The notes beneath the pieces were generated by a model. It ran no database searches and was not told the DNA's origin. It saw nothing but the letters and a program-made list of their open reading frames with translations. 54,082 nucleotides of DNA from NCBI GenBank assembly GCA_035541335.1, contig DATKNM010000224.1, positions 1 to 54,082 on the forward strand, written 5' to 3'. This DNA comes from Candidatus Binatia bacterium (GTDB lineage: Bacteria > Pseudomonadota > Alphaproteobacteria > Dongiales > Dongiaceae). This document shows positions 19,253 to 29,179 of this stretch, one piece after another; the stretch's first letter is position 1, and every line of letters starts with the position of its first letter. Made by a program: the position numbers and the translations under genes.

Positions 19253-22200
19253 GCCTGGAACGCCCCGTCGAAGTTCCGGTCCAGGGCCTCGAGTGCATCG
19301 GCCTCCTGGAGATTGAAGCCCAGCGTCTGCAGCACGAAGCCGACGCTGACCGGGTTCGCGTCCTTGGGGTTGATCGGTTCCAGCGTCGATTGCAGCGAAT
19401 GGAGCAGCAGGTTGATGGCGCCTTGCAGGTGCGTGAGGACGATGTACATGATCGCCTCGCGCGCCCACTCGGCCGGATCGTCGGTCAGCCCTTCGAGCGA
19501 CGGCAGCTGGCTCGGCGCGATGCTCTTCAGTTTCTCCGAGATGCTCAAGATCTCCTCGGTCAGGCCGGGTACTCCCGCGAGCTGCTGCAGCCACTTCAGC
19601 AACAGCTGATCGGCCAGCTTCAGGATGTCGATCAGCTTCGGCAGGGTGATGCCCTTGTCCTCCTCGACGATGTCCTTCAGCGTCGGGTCGGCCTCGCCGA
19701 GCAGGATCGCTTCGACCTTGCCCTCGAATTCAGCCCAGGCGGTGTTGCTGTCGGCGATGACCTCGGAAACCATCTGCACGTAGTGGAAGAGCGCCAGCTT
19801 CAGGCCGGGCAGCAGCGGATTGACGTTGAATTGCTGCCTCAAGGTCTCTTTTCCCCAGAAGGTCGGGAAATTCTTGCGGGCGGTCCACCTTTTCTGCCAA
19901 TCGCCCTTCTTGATCACCGCCCGGCTGATCACGACACTGGCGACGACGACGCCGAGCAGCTGGCCGATCCGCTGCATCCGCTCCGGCGTCGCCCAGGCGA
20001 AGTCCGCGGTCGCCGCGGCGCCGGACCCCAATGAGGCCGCCGCCTTGCCGAATCCTCCGGTGAACTCCATCACGTCCTTGGCGAAGTCGTCGTCGAGCAG
20101 CAGGGCGGCGATGAAGCCTCCGGCCGCTCCGGCGCCGGCGATCTTGCCGGGCTTGGTCCGCGCCAGCGCGCCGACCTTGGTCGCGACCTTCTTCAGACTC
20201 AGCAGCATCAGGGGGACAAGCCCGCCGGCAAGGGCGAAGTTGGTCAGCGCGACGGCGCCGACTGCGTATTCCGTCGTCTTCACCACCTTCATCGCGGTCT
20301 GCACCGCGCCCTGCACGTCGTTGTAGACGCCGGCCACGTCCTTGCCGGCGCTCTCGATCTCGTCCTTATAGTTCTTGAAGGTCTCGAGGAAGTGTCGGTG
20401 GCGCCAGCGGTCCCAATCCTGCTCGGACGGCACCGGCACCTCGGCGATCTCGGCATAGAGCTCGAGGAAGCCCTTGGCCTTCTTGTAGTCGAGGAAGTAG
20501 AGATTGTCGATCAGGGCGATCAAGGCGGTGCCAGCCTCGACGGCGATCTCGACGAAGCGGTGCGAGAGCGCGCTCGCGACCGTCTCGTTGATGAAATCCT
20601 TGAGGGCCGACATCTTCTCATCGATCCAGCGCAGGATGCCCTCGATGCGCATCAGCAGCTTGACCGTGCGATAAGCGGCGGGCTCGAGGTTCAGCACCGA
20701 CTCCCAGCGCCGGATGATCGCCTGGAAGGCGTGCTCGGTGAATCCTTCGGCGAAGCCCTCGAGGAAGGAGAAGATCTTCCGCCCCGCGGTGGTCTCGCCG
20801 AAGATCTTCTTTCCGAGCAGGTCCAGCACCGGCAGGATCAGCAGCGCCATCAGGCGAAGCCGGAACCTCTTGAAGGTCTCGGTGATCAGCTTCTGGATCG
20901 CGGCTCCTGATATCTTGTCGGCGATGTACTCGCCGACATATTCGCGAAAGCCCTGGATCAGCGTCTCGGTGCCGATGATGCCGACGCTCATGACCACCGT
21001 GCCGCCCCACACCACCGCCTTGATGATGGGGATCATCCCCTTGGTGGCGTCATAGATCTCCTGCGAGATCTGCGACACGTTCTGGTCGCGCCAGAACACG
21101 AACATCGGCAGGCGCGTCACCAGCCGCGTGCTGTTGTTGTAGAAGTAGACGTAGCTGTCGTCGCTGCCCATGACCCGCTTGTCGGGCCCGTACTTGGTGC
21201 CGCGCTTCACGAGGTAGAGGTTCGGATCGGCGTTCGCCTTCTTGATGAGATCGTCGATCGTCTGGCGCAGGGGCCCGACCGCCTTCTTCTGGGCGGCCCG
21301 CAGCTCGTCGAGGAACAGCTTGTCCCGGTCGATCTGGTAGAACATCTCGATGTAGGAGTTCTTCCAGAACCAGACCCACTGCTCGGAGAAGCGCAGCCTG
21401 ACCATTTCCCGGAGCCAGTCCCGCGAGGTCCAGCGCCTCTGTGCGTCATCAACGGCGTCCAATGCGAGGCCGCGGGCGGTCTGGACGACCGCCTGTGGAT
21501 CGACCACCTGCTCCATCACGTTCAGCGAGAGATTGCCCGATGCCGCTTCCTGCTGGGTGAACTTCGGCGGGTGGTCGGTGCCCTCGAGCGTGTAGATGAA
21601 GGAGGCCGTGCCCTTGATCTTGTTGTTCTTGGCCTTTTCCGCGGCGATGTACTCGTTCACGATGGTGAAATAGTTGCCGAGTTCCGGCACGCCCTGACCG
21701 ATGATTCCCTCGTATTGAAGCTGGCCCTGGCCGTCGAGCATAAGCTTGACCAGCACCATCATTCGTCCGATCTCCAGATAGAGGTGCACGAACCCCTTCT
21801 CGAGGTCGTAGGGCCGGTAGTTCAGCTGCAGATAGGCGTCGCTCAACGCATCGAAGCCGAAGACGCGGTCCTTGGGCGCCGTCGGATTGGCGGCCAGCCA
21901 CTTCTGGTAATAGGGCTGGCCGTCTTCCTCAGTGGCATAGGTCCCCTGGGTTGCGGCGGCGGCGTAGAAGCGGGACCCGTTGTCGAAGAAGCCGGTGTTC
22001 TCGTCGTCTTCCGGGGGCTTCACGTCGGAGAGCGAGGCGCCATAGACCTTCCGCCGCACCGACGCGGAAAGTGCGGTCGCCACGTTCGTATAGGGAAATT
22101 CCGAGGCCAGGAGCTCGGTCGCATCGTCCCAGACCAGGTCCGCCCGTCGCTTGAGGAAGAAGGCCGGGATGAATCGCACCTGGTCGCGCGGAATGTTCTC

Positions 22201-22479
22201 CGACGTGAAGAAACGGAAGGACGACACGCCGCCTTCGCCATCCGAGGTGGCCGCCGGCGCCTTCTGCACGATGGCCATGTACTTGTTCGTGATGCCGAGG
22301 CGCTTGGCGCGGGCGACGTCCGTCACCCCGTTGGGCGTCAGGTCCACCTTGTTGTACCGGCTGAAGCCGGCCAGAATCTGCCAGTCGCGCGCGTCCAGCA
22401 CCTTGGCTTCGTTGAAGACAGCCTGGGTGAGGACGCTGAGCGAGAGCCGCGCGCGAGAGAACGCAGGATCGTCTGCCAT
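19249..22479 (-). CDS. Hypothetical 1076-aa protein with several hydrophobic helices in the C-terminal half
   Basis: Long ORF with host-like GC3 bias; 11 bp downstream of the 22491-25679 gene; stop overlaps the NUDIX stop (CTAG). Confidence 0.85.
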   Translation of the reverse strand: MADDPAFSRARLSLSVLTQAVFNEAKVLDARDWQILAGFSRYNKVDLTPNGVTDVARAKRLGITNKYMAIVQKAPAATSDGEGGVSSFRFFTSENIPRDQVRFIPAFFLKRRADLVWDDATELLASEFPYTNVATALSASVRRKVYGASLSDVKPPEDDENTGFFDNGSRFYAAAATQGTYATEEDGQPYYQKWLAANPTAPKDRVFGFDALSDAYLQLNYRPYDLEKGFVHLYLEIGRMMVLVKLMLDGQGQLQYEGIIGQGVPELGNYFTIVNEYIAAEKAKNNKIKGTASFIYTLEGTDHPPKFTQQEAASGNLSLNVMEQVVDPQAVVQTARGLALDAVDDAQRRWTSRDWLREMVRLRFSEQWVWFWKNSYIEMFYQIDRDKLFLDELRAAQKKAVGPLRQTIDDLIKKANADPNLYLVKRGTKYGPDKRVMGSDDSYVYFYNNSTRLVTRLPMFVFWRDQNVSQISQEIYDATKGMIPIIKAVVWGGTVVMSVGIIGTETLIQGFREYVGEYIADKISGAAIQKLITETFKRFRLRLMALLILPVLDLLGKKIFGETTAGRKIFSFLEGFAEGFTEHAFQAIIRRWESVLNLEPAAYRTVKLLMRIEGILRWIDEKMSALKDFINETVASALSHRFVEIAVEAGTALIALIDNLYFLDYKKAKGFLELYAEIAEVPVPSEQDWDRWRHRHFLETFKNYKDEIESAGKDVAGVYNDVQGAVQTAMKVVKTTEYAVGAVALTNFALAGGLVPLMLLSLKKVATKVGALARTKPGKIAGAGAAGGFIAALLLDDDFAKDVMEFTGGFGKAAASLGSGAAATADFAWATPERMQRIGQLLGVVVASVVISRAVIKKGDWQKRWTARKNFPTFWGKETLRQQFNVNPLLPGLKLALFHYVQMVSEVIADSNTAWAEFEGKVEAILLGEADPTLKDIVEEDKGITLPKLIDILKLADQLLLKWLQQLAGVPGLTEEILSISEKLKSIAPSQLPSLEGLTDDPAEWAREAIMYIVLTHLQGAINLLLHSLQSTLEPINPKDANPVSVGFVLQTLGFNLQEADALEALDRNFDGAFQA

Positions 22480-22490
22480 TGCCCGACCGG

Positions 22491-25400
22491 TCAGGCGTCC
22501 GTGAAGTCCGGCAGGCTGTTGTCCGGCTGCAGGAAGACGAGACTGGTCGGCACTTTGACCTCCCAGGCATCGCCGACCCGGCGGCCGCCGAAGGAGTAGG
22601 GGATGCCGGTGGCCGAGGCATCCACATAGCCGCGGTCGAGCGTGAGCTCGGTGGGCGACACCACGTCGATCACCCGGTAGATGCGATAGGCGATCATGAT
22701 GTCGCGATCGATGTGCAGGGTGCGGTCGAAGGCGGTGCCGTTTCCGGTCACCGTCGTGCCGCCATGAGTCACGGCGATCGTGCCCTGGCCCTTGTTGAAC
22801 GCGCCGCGTTGCTCGTCGATGATCTCATCGACCATCGACTTGTAGAGCGATCCCTGGATCTGGAAGGCGGAATCGTCTTCCTCCCAGGGCTTGTTCCCGG
22901 TTTGCAGCAGGTAGAGCACGGCCTGCTCGAATCCCGGTGTCACCGGGATCTGTACCCGCGCTGCGCCGGCCTGGAGGAACTGCGCGAACAAGGGATCGCT
23001 GTCGTCCTGCCGGAGGTAGTTGGGCCATTCGGCCTTGCGGCCCCAGAAGTAGGGGTAGAACAGATAGCTCATGTTCACCCACTCGAAGGCCTGCTCGAAG
23101 AACTCGATATACGATCCCTCCGCCGCGGCCTCGGCGATGTTCATCTGCGGATAGCCGTAGGGCGGCACGCCGCGCCGCATCGCGTCGAAGTCGTCGTATT
23201 GCTGGTTCGTGAAGAGCGAGATCGACTGCCGCTTCAGCTCGCGGCGCTCGATCTCGCGGTTGGCGTCGGGATTCTTGCCGAGCACGCCGCTGCCGGACTG
23301 GGCGTTGAGCTCCAGGCGGCTGAGGGCGGCGTCGTACTGGCTCTTCAGGTCGTTATAGGCGCCGACGATCTTGTTGTAGGTCGAGAGCTGCCAAGCGGCG
23401 AGCGTCTCCGGCATCCGCGTGCAGAGCACCTCAATGGTGACGGCCACGGCGGCGACGCAGTAGCCATGGGCGACGACCGGGATGGCGGCGTCCTCGCCGT
23501 TCATCGGGCCGGCCTCGTTCACGTTGATCTCGGTGCGTCCAACGTGGAAGTTGACGAAGGCCGGCGGCGTGGCGCCGTCATAGAGCAACGGCTCGCCGCC
23601 CACCCAGGCCCGCTCGGCCGCATAGCCGCTCGGCACCTGGAGATCGTTGTTCATGATGGTGGTGAAATCGTCGCCGTCGGCGGGCTCCTCGGCCAGCGTG
23701 ATGCCGATCGTCTTGTGCAGCGGCGGCGGCGGGTCGATGCCGGAGACGCCGTACTTGCTGACCCAGAACTGGTAGTTGGCCGGGGACACGTCGCTCGGCG
23801 CCAGCGGGACGAAGGTGCCTGAGGGATGATGGCAATAGCCCGGCGGATCCGGCAGCGTGAGGGTCATGCCCTCCGGCGGCGCCGCGGTCAGCGCATAGCG
23901 ATAGAAGGCGGACGGCTCCGGCACCACGAGCTCGAACATCAGCCGGAGGCCGTAGCTGGTGACCTGGGCGCTGTAGATCTTGTCCAGCCAGCGGTACACG
24001 CCCTGGACGTGCTCGGTGCCCTTGGTGTTGTCGAAGTCATGATGGCTGATATCGGCGACCTCGTGCACCGTGGTCACGGTGCGGCGCTCGAGCACCCGGG
24101 TCTGCACCTTCTTGACCGCCTTGTCCACGACCTCGCGTGCGTAGTTCATCGCGTTCTTGGTCGTGGTCTCCTTGGAATCGCCGGTCGCGCTGCTGATGTT
24201 GGCGGTGCCGGATGCAAACGGCCCATAGGACGCTGAGATCGAGAGCGCCAGGTTCCGCGAGCTGTCTTCCTTGACGACGTTGTCCGATTCCTGTTGCAGC
24301 TCGTACCGATCGGTGGTCTCGAGATCGCGGCTCTCCTCGTTCGTGACCTCGGTCTCCTCGGTCACGGTCTCGGTGGTCTTCGTTACCTCGCGATGCTTGC
24401 GGCGACGCGACTCCGTCTTCATGACGTTCTCGACGTGGGCGATCTCGCCGAGCTCGTAGCGCTTCAGCTCCTGGCGCACCAGCAGCAGGTCGGCGACGCC
24501 GATCGGGCGAATGGCGCTCTGGGTGGTCGCGGGTACCGTTGGCGTGGCGCTGGACGGATCGTCCGTCGCCGGCGCCGAGCACGATCCCGGCGTGCTCCAG
24601 GTATCGCTGAACCCTTGCAGAAGGCCGGCATTGCCGCGCGGGATCCACTGGTCTCCGACCCGGGTCACCGTGCGGGCATTCGGCGCCTGGAACAGCTTCG
24701 CCGCCGTGGTGGCGATCTGCCCCTCGAACGAGACGACGGCATACGGCACGTCGACGAATTGGTTGGCGACGCCGAGATTTCCGAGCATCTTGCTGGTCGT
24801 GGCGCTCAGCTTGCCGACCGCCTTCGCGGAGAGGACACCCGCCGACAGCGGCCCGGAGGACGGTCGGAAGACGGTCTTGCCTGCAGCGGCCTTCGCCGCC
24901 TTGCCCCCGGCGGCGGCCTTGGCCGAAACCGTGGTGCCAACCGACTTCGCCTGGCGCAAATCGTTGGTATCGGCACGCAAGGCGCCGTGCAGCTCGGTGA
25001 TCGCGCTCTGCATGTCCGAGATCTGTTGTGCCAGCTGCTCGATCGACTTTTCGTCCTTCGCCCGTTGCTTGGCGCGGTCGGCCGCGGCCTGGTCGGCCTC
25101 CGCGTCCCGCGGGTTCGTGGTCGGAGGCAGCGGGAAGATCTCGGACGGCAACAGGATGCGCGTGCCGACGACCCGGTCGCGGTCGATCGTCGTCGCCGGC
25201 GCCGTGGCGAGGAATTCGAGCAGGCCGCAGAGCCGCATGTAGCCGGAGACGATGGCCTTGTCCTTGCTGTTCTCGCCCTGGACCGTGAGGGCGAGCACGC
25301 TGTCGGCGATGCGGCGACGGGTTTGCACGTATCCGGCCGAGGTGACCAATGTCTTCACATCGACTCCGAGCAGCGCTTTCACGCCGGCGGCGAGCGTCGC

Positions 25401-25679
25401 GGCCGAAGCGCGCGCAGGCTGGCTCGCATACCAGGCGCTGAGGCGCGGGATGTCGACCGGCAAAGCGGCGCGAAGGGCGTACTGGTCGGAGCCGATGAAC
25501 TTCGCCGCGATGCCCGCGAGCTTGCTGCGATCGCCGCCGGACGCCCGCATCTTGCTGAGATCCGTGTTGAGCGTCGTCGGATCGCCGGAAGTGAGCCCGA
25601 TGGGGGGCGTGGTGGCTGGGCCGTTGGGATCGCGCAGCGTGCCCCGAAGGTTTACGAACCGAAAGATCTCGCTCGTCAT
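22491..25679 (-). CDS. Hypothetical ~1062-aa protein: coiled coil, Ser/Thr-rich beta-hairpin region, C-terminal tail-fibre-like insert
   Basis: Long ORF with GGAGGG RBS before ATG 25679; motif-like segments IGVADLLLVRQELKRYELGEIAHVENV and FFEQAFEW..MSYLFYPYFWG. Confidence 0.88.
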   Translation of the reverse strand: MTSEIFRFVNLRGTLRDPNGPATTPPIGLTSGDPTTLNTDLSKMRASGGDRSKLAGIAAKFIGSDQYALRAALPVDIPRLSAWYASQPARASAATLAAGVKALLGVDVKTLVTSAGYVQTRRRIADSVLALTVQGENSKDKAIVSGYMRLCGLLEFLATAPATTIDRDRVVGTRILLPSEIFPLPPTTNPRDAEADQAAADRAKQRAKDEKSIEQLAQQISDMQSAITELHGALRADTNDLRQAKSVGTTVSAKAAAGGKAAKAAAGKTVFRPSSGPLSAGVLSAKAVGKLSATTSKMLGNLGVANQFVDVPYAVVSFEGQIATTAAKLFQAPNARTVTRVGDQWIPRGNAGLLQGFSDTWSTPGSCSAPATDDPSSATPTVPATTQSAIRPIGVADLLLVRQELKRYELGEIAHVENVMKTESRRRKHREVTKTTETVTEETEVTNEESRDLETTDRYELQQESDNVVKEDSSRNLALSISASYGPFASGTANISSATGDSKETTTKNAMNYAREVVDKAVKKVQTRVLERRTVTTVHEVADISHHDFDNTKGTEHVQGVYRWLDKIYSAQVTSYGLRLMFELVVPEPSAFYRYALTAAPPEGMTLTLPDPPGYCHHPSGTFVPLAPSDVSPANYQFWVSKYGVSGIDPPPPLHKTIGITLAEEPADGDDFTTIMNNDLQVPSGYAAERAWVGGEPLLYDGATPPAFVNFHVGRTEINVNEAGPMNGEDAAIPVVAHGYCVAAVAVTIEVLCTRMPETLAAWQLSTYNKIVGAYNDLKSQYDAALSRLELNAQSGSGVLGKNPDANREIERRELKRQSISLFTNQQYDDFDAMRRGVPPYGYPQMNIAEAAAEGSYIEFFEQAFEWVNMSYLFYPYFWGRKAEWPNYLRQDDSDPLFAQFLQAGAARVQIPVTPGFEQAVLYLLQTGNKPWEEDDSAFQIQGSLYKSMVDEIIDEQRGAFNKGQGTIAVTHGGTTVTGNGTAFDRTLHIDRDIMIAYRIYRVIDVVSPTELTLDRGYVDASATGIPYSFGGRRVGDAWEVKVPTSLVFLQPDNSLPDFTDA

Positions 25680-26039
25680 GTACCCCTCCAATCGGCGTGT
25701 ACGACCGTCCCCGCTTCCTCAGCGTAGGCTTCCTTGCGGGAGACGCCATCAGGATTTGAGGAGGTTCGCTCCATTTCTGCGGAAGGTGTGTCGGTCTTCA
25801 CAGTTTTCGCGTGGAGCTTTACGACAACGTCCGGCGTCGGCAGGTACGTATGAGAGCGCAGCGCTCGTTCAGGCGCGCGATTGCCTCCGCGAAGCGAAGC
25901 GGACAGTGAATGAAGCGAAGCGGGCAGTGCCGGCCATCGACCCGCAGATGATCCACTCGCCCCCGGGAGAAGGTTGGTGGCGTCTCGGCGATGGACGACG
26001 GGCTTTGACGCGCTGGGTATCGTGGGCTGCGACGGCATG

Positions 26040-26300
26040 CGCAAGTCGGCGCTGCTGCTCGATGAGATCGCCGAAGGCGTGCAGCCTTCGATCGCCGCCG
26101 AGATCGTCGAGCGCCTGCAGGCAGTGCGTCGCACCGGTGGGACCAGCATCTTGATTGTCGATCAGGAACTGACCTTCGTCGCGGCGCTCTCGAGTCGCGT
26201 GCTGGTGATGCAGAAGGGGCGCTTGGATCGCGAAGTCTCGCCCGACGGCCTCAGCACGGAGGACGTCCTCGGTGGCTTTGGATTCGCTCTGATGGCGGCG
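26040..26300 (+). pseudogene. C-terminal fragment of an ABC transporter ATPase (UrtE/LivF-like)
   Basis: Walker B LLLDEIAEGVQPSI and SILIVDQEL..VLVMQKGR present; no Walker A or signature motif upstream. Confidence 0.75.
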
Positions 26301-26395
26301 GTTCTCGGCCGACAAGCAGGCATGGCGTCGGTGGCGCATCGGACGGCGTTGATGCTACAATCCGCGCCGGGTGTGATCGCTTGTGAATTGGGCTC

Positions 26396-27370
26396 ATGGC
26401 GCCATTGATGGAATACAAGGTCGCTGCAGCGGTGCAGCCGCGGCCCGGGGATTACGGCTTCGACCTCGACCAGGCGCTCGAGGCCGTGGTGGGCCTCCAT
26501 GCGCTGGTGCCGGCGGATGCGTTCACCGCGGAGACGCTGGGAACGGAGCGCGCGGGCAACGGTGTCGTCATCGACAAGAACCTCGTGCTCACCATCGGCT
26601 ACCTGATCATGGAAGCCGAGACGGTGTGGATCCACCGCGGTGACGGCAAGGCGGTGGCGGGCCATGTGATCGGCGTCGATTACGAGACCGGGTTCGGCCT
26701 GGTGCAGGCGCTGGGCCGGCTTGATCTCGCGCCGCTCGCGCTCGGTTCGTCGCATGAGGCGCGGATCGGCAGCCGCACCGTCACCGGCGGCGCCGGCGGC
26801 CGCGCGCATTCAGTGGCCGGCACTGTCATCGCCCGCGAGCCCTTCGCCGGTTATTGGGAATACGCCCTCGACGAGGCGATCTTCGTCGCCCCCGGGCATC
26901 CGAACTGGGGCGGCACCGCACTCATATCGGAACGCGGCGACCTCATCGGCATCGGCTCGCTGCAGCTCGAACGGGCGCCGGAAGGCAAGGCCGCGCAGCC
27001 GATCAACATGATGGTGCCGACGGATCTCCTGAAGGCGGTGCTGCCGGACCTGACCGCCTATGGACGAGTCAACAAGCCGGCGCGGCCCTGGCTCGGCCTC
27101 TACGCCACGGAGATCGACGATCACGTGGTCGTGGCGGGCATCGCCTCCAAGGGTCCCGCCGCCCAGGCCGAACTCAAGACCGGCGACGTGATCCTCGCGG
27201 TGAAGGGCGAGAAGGTGACCACGCTGCTCGAGCTCTATCGCAAGCTCTGGGCGCTCGGCAGTGCCGGGGTCGACGTGCCGCTGACGCTGCACAGCCGGAA
27301 CGTCACCTTCGACGTCACCGTGAAGTCGGTCGACCGCGCGAAGATGATGCGCGGCCCGAAGCTGCATTGA
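26396..27370 (+). CDS. S1C/HtrA-like trypsin-fold protein with PDZ domain
   Basis: GNGVVI..LVLTIGY, GVDYETGFGLV, NWGGTALI..GDLIGIG, RPWLGL, GPAAQAELKTGDVILAV. Confidence 0.85.
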   Translation: MAPLMEYKVAAAVQPRPGDYGFDLDQALEAVVGLHALVPADAFTAETLGTERAGNGVVIDKNLVLTIGYLIMEAETVWIHRGDGKAVAGHVIGVDYETGFGLVQALGRLDLAPLALGSSHEARIGSRTVTGGAGGRAHSVAGTVIAREPFAGYWEYALDEAIFVAPGHPNWGGTALISERGDLIGIGSLQLERAPEGKAAQPINMMVPTDLLKAVLPDLTAYGRVNKPARPWLGLYATEIDDHVVVAGIASKGPAAQAELKTGDVILAVKGEKVTTLLELYRKLWALGSAGVDVPLTLHSRNVTFDVTVKSVDRAKMMRGPKLH

Positions 27371-27401
27371 GAAGCTGCACTAGGCCGCGCGAAGAACTCT
27401 T

Positions 27402-27584
27402 CTAGGGATGTGCCATCATCAAGGCGTCCGCTTCCGCGTGTTCGGAGCCGGCAGCATCGCGTTCGGCCGGATTGATCTCCCGGAACACCAGCTCGGCGAA
27501 GCGGCGATAGAGGAACGAGACTGGAGCGGTGCCGGCGGCGGCAAGCACGCCGCAGAAGACGATGGTGCTGATGGCGCGATCCAT
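27402..27584 (-). CDS. Small hypothetical protein with hydrophobic N-terminus
   Basis: 60-aa ORF with GGAGGG RBS, same strand as the upstream GFA gene. Confidence 0.4.
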   Translation of the reverse strand: MDRAISTIVFCGVLAAAGTAPVSFLYRRFAELVFREINPAERDAAGSEHAEADALMMAHP

Positions 27585-27686
27585 GTCGGCCCTCCGTTCC
27601 TGGCGGAGGCGATTCTGCGCGGTCCCGCATCCGAACGGAAGAGAAGGCCGTCACAGTTCGGCCGCCGTCGCAATCCTGCAAGTGTC

Positions 27687-28079
27687 TCACTCCTCGAAGC
27701 GGCTCGCGCCGTTGCGATTGCGCTCGTATCGCCTGGTGAGAGGAAACGGCGGCAGCCAGGACTCGCGGCGGACGGTCCAGAGCTCGTAGGTCGGCTTCAG
27801 CTGGTCGGGCGCGTCGAGCGATCCCAGGTTCACCTCGATCTCGTCCGCGCTGCGCGAGAACACCGACGAGCCGCAGCGCGGGCAGAAGCACCGCCCGGCA
27901 TAGTCCCGGGTCTCGCCTTCGATGGTCACGGCATCCTCCGGGAAGATCGCGGAGGCGTGGAACAAGGCGCCGTGATGCTTGCGGCAGTCGAGGCAATGGC
28001 AAATCCCGACCCGGTAGGGCCGCCCCGTCGCCACGAAGCGTACGTTGCCGCAGAGGCAGCCGCCGGTGAAGCCGTCCAT
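27687..28079 (-). CDS. GFA/CENP-V family Zn-binding protein
   Basis: GGCLCGNVRF, CHCLDCRK, FCPRCGS; AGGAG RBS. Confidence 0.92.
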   Translation of the reverse strand: MDGFTGGCLCGNVRFVATGRPYRVGICHCLDCRKHHGALFHASAIFPEDAVTIEGETRDYAGRCFCPRCGSSVFSRSADEIEVNLGSLDAPDQLKPTYELWTVRRESWLPPFPLTRRYERNRNGASRFEE

Positions 28080-28091
28080 GCTGGATCTCCT

Positions 28092-28538
28092 TTAAGATAT
28101 AGCGGCCGACATGAGCGCAAACACCCAGCTGTCCTGGTCCGCCAGGACCATCTCCACGACGTCGTAGCCGAGCGTGCCGAAAGACGCGAGAAGTTCCGGA
28201 AGCAGGAGAAAGTCCGAGACGGAACCGGCGCGGCATCCCTGGGCGACCTCTTCCGTCGGCGGCAATCGCAGCCAGTATGGCTCGCCGATGAGGATGACCC
28301 CTCCCGGACGGTGACTCTTCGCCAGAAGCGCGATGGTGCCGGCGACTCCGCCGCTGATCCAGGTGGCGCCGATGCAGGCGGCCACGTCGACTTCTTTGTC
28401 GGAGACATAGCCGGCGGCGTCTCCGCGGATGAACTCGACCCGGTCGGCGACGCCGAGAACGGCCAGCTCTTCCGGCGTGAACGGATTATGGATGCGGTGA
28501 GCGCTTTCGCTGACGGTGAATATCCGCGGAATGTCCAC
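28092..28538 (-). pseudogene. YjhP-like SAM-dependent methyltransferase with two internal deletions
   Basis: MDIPRIFTVSESAHRIHNPFT..LGVADRVEFIRGDAAGYV..GATWISGG..IGEPYW..EMVLADQDSW matches E. coli YjhP as recalled, but SAM motif I (LDLGSGSG) and a C-terminal block are missing. Confidence 0.8.
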
Positions 28539-28675
28539 TGCAGGAGCTCCTTCGGGGAGGATCGAGGCCGGGTCCAGCTTCGCCGATCACGCATCACACG
28601 CGGCGAATGGCGAGGCGAATGGCAATGCCTGCAGGGCAATCAGGGGCGAGCGTGTCAGGGAGTCAGGTTGCGCGA

Positions 28676-28698
28676 TGGTGGGCGGTACTGGGATTGAA
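28676..28698 (-). repeat. tRNA-Val 3'-end fragment (att site), copy 1
   Basis: TGGTGGGCGGTACTGGGATTGAA is the reverse complement of TTCAATCCCAGTACCGCCCACCA (T-arm, acceptor stem, CCA); identical to 38275-38297. Confidence 0.85.
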
Positions 28699-28899
28699 GC
28701 AGTCCTGTCAACGGCAGTCAATGAAATTGGAACGTAGATACAATGGCTTGGAAGACGGATGACGTCTGCGTCATAGGGCCCGAACTGTGTCATAGACTCA
28801 GCCTGCCTCGCCGAGCGCCCGCATCGCCTCTCGACACTTGCCGGCCCCGCTAAGCGACCAGTGCTGTGCCGCCAATCTGCGGCCGCTCGTGGCGCGCTG

Positions 28900-29179
28900 A
28901 GCTGACCTCCCGGCCGGCCCACCTTCGAAATTACGGAGCCGACGAGTTCAGCGATTCAGAGATGGCTGCATCAGTTGGGTGGCCGCGAACCAGGGCCGCT
29001 GTTCCCAAGCCGCCTCAACCCGAAGAGGAGCATTTCCACCCGCCAAGACGCGCGGCTGGTCGATAGCTGGGTTGCATCGATAGGTCTCGATCGGCCATGC
29101 CAAGCTGGAAAGCACCGTCAGATGCCTTGGCATCGAGGTCGAGGATGCCCTGGCGATCGCGGAGCAGGTCGACGTCTAG
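28900..29179 (+). pseudogene. Tyrosine recombinase/integrase remnant
   Basis: Fragments FEITEPT, LFPSRLNPKRSISTRQDARLVDSWVASIGLD and KLESTVRCLGIEVEDALAIAEQVDV* in different frames; HxLR box deleted; catalytic Tyr appears as Cys. Confidence 0.8.
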
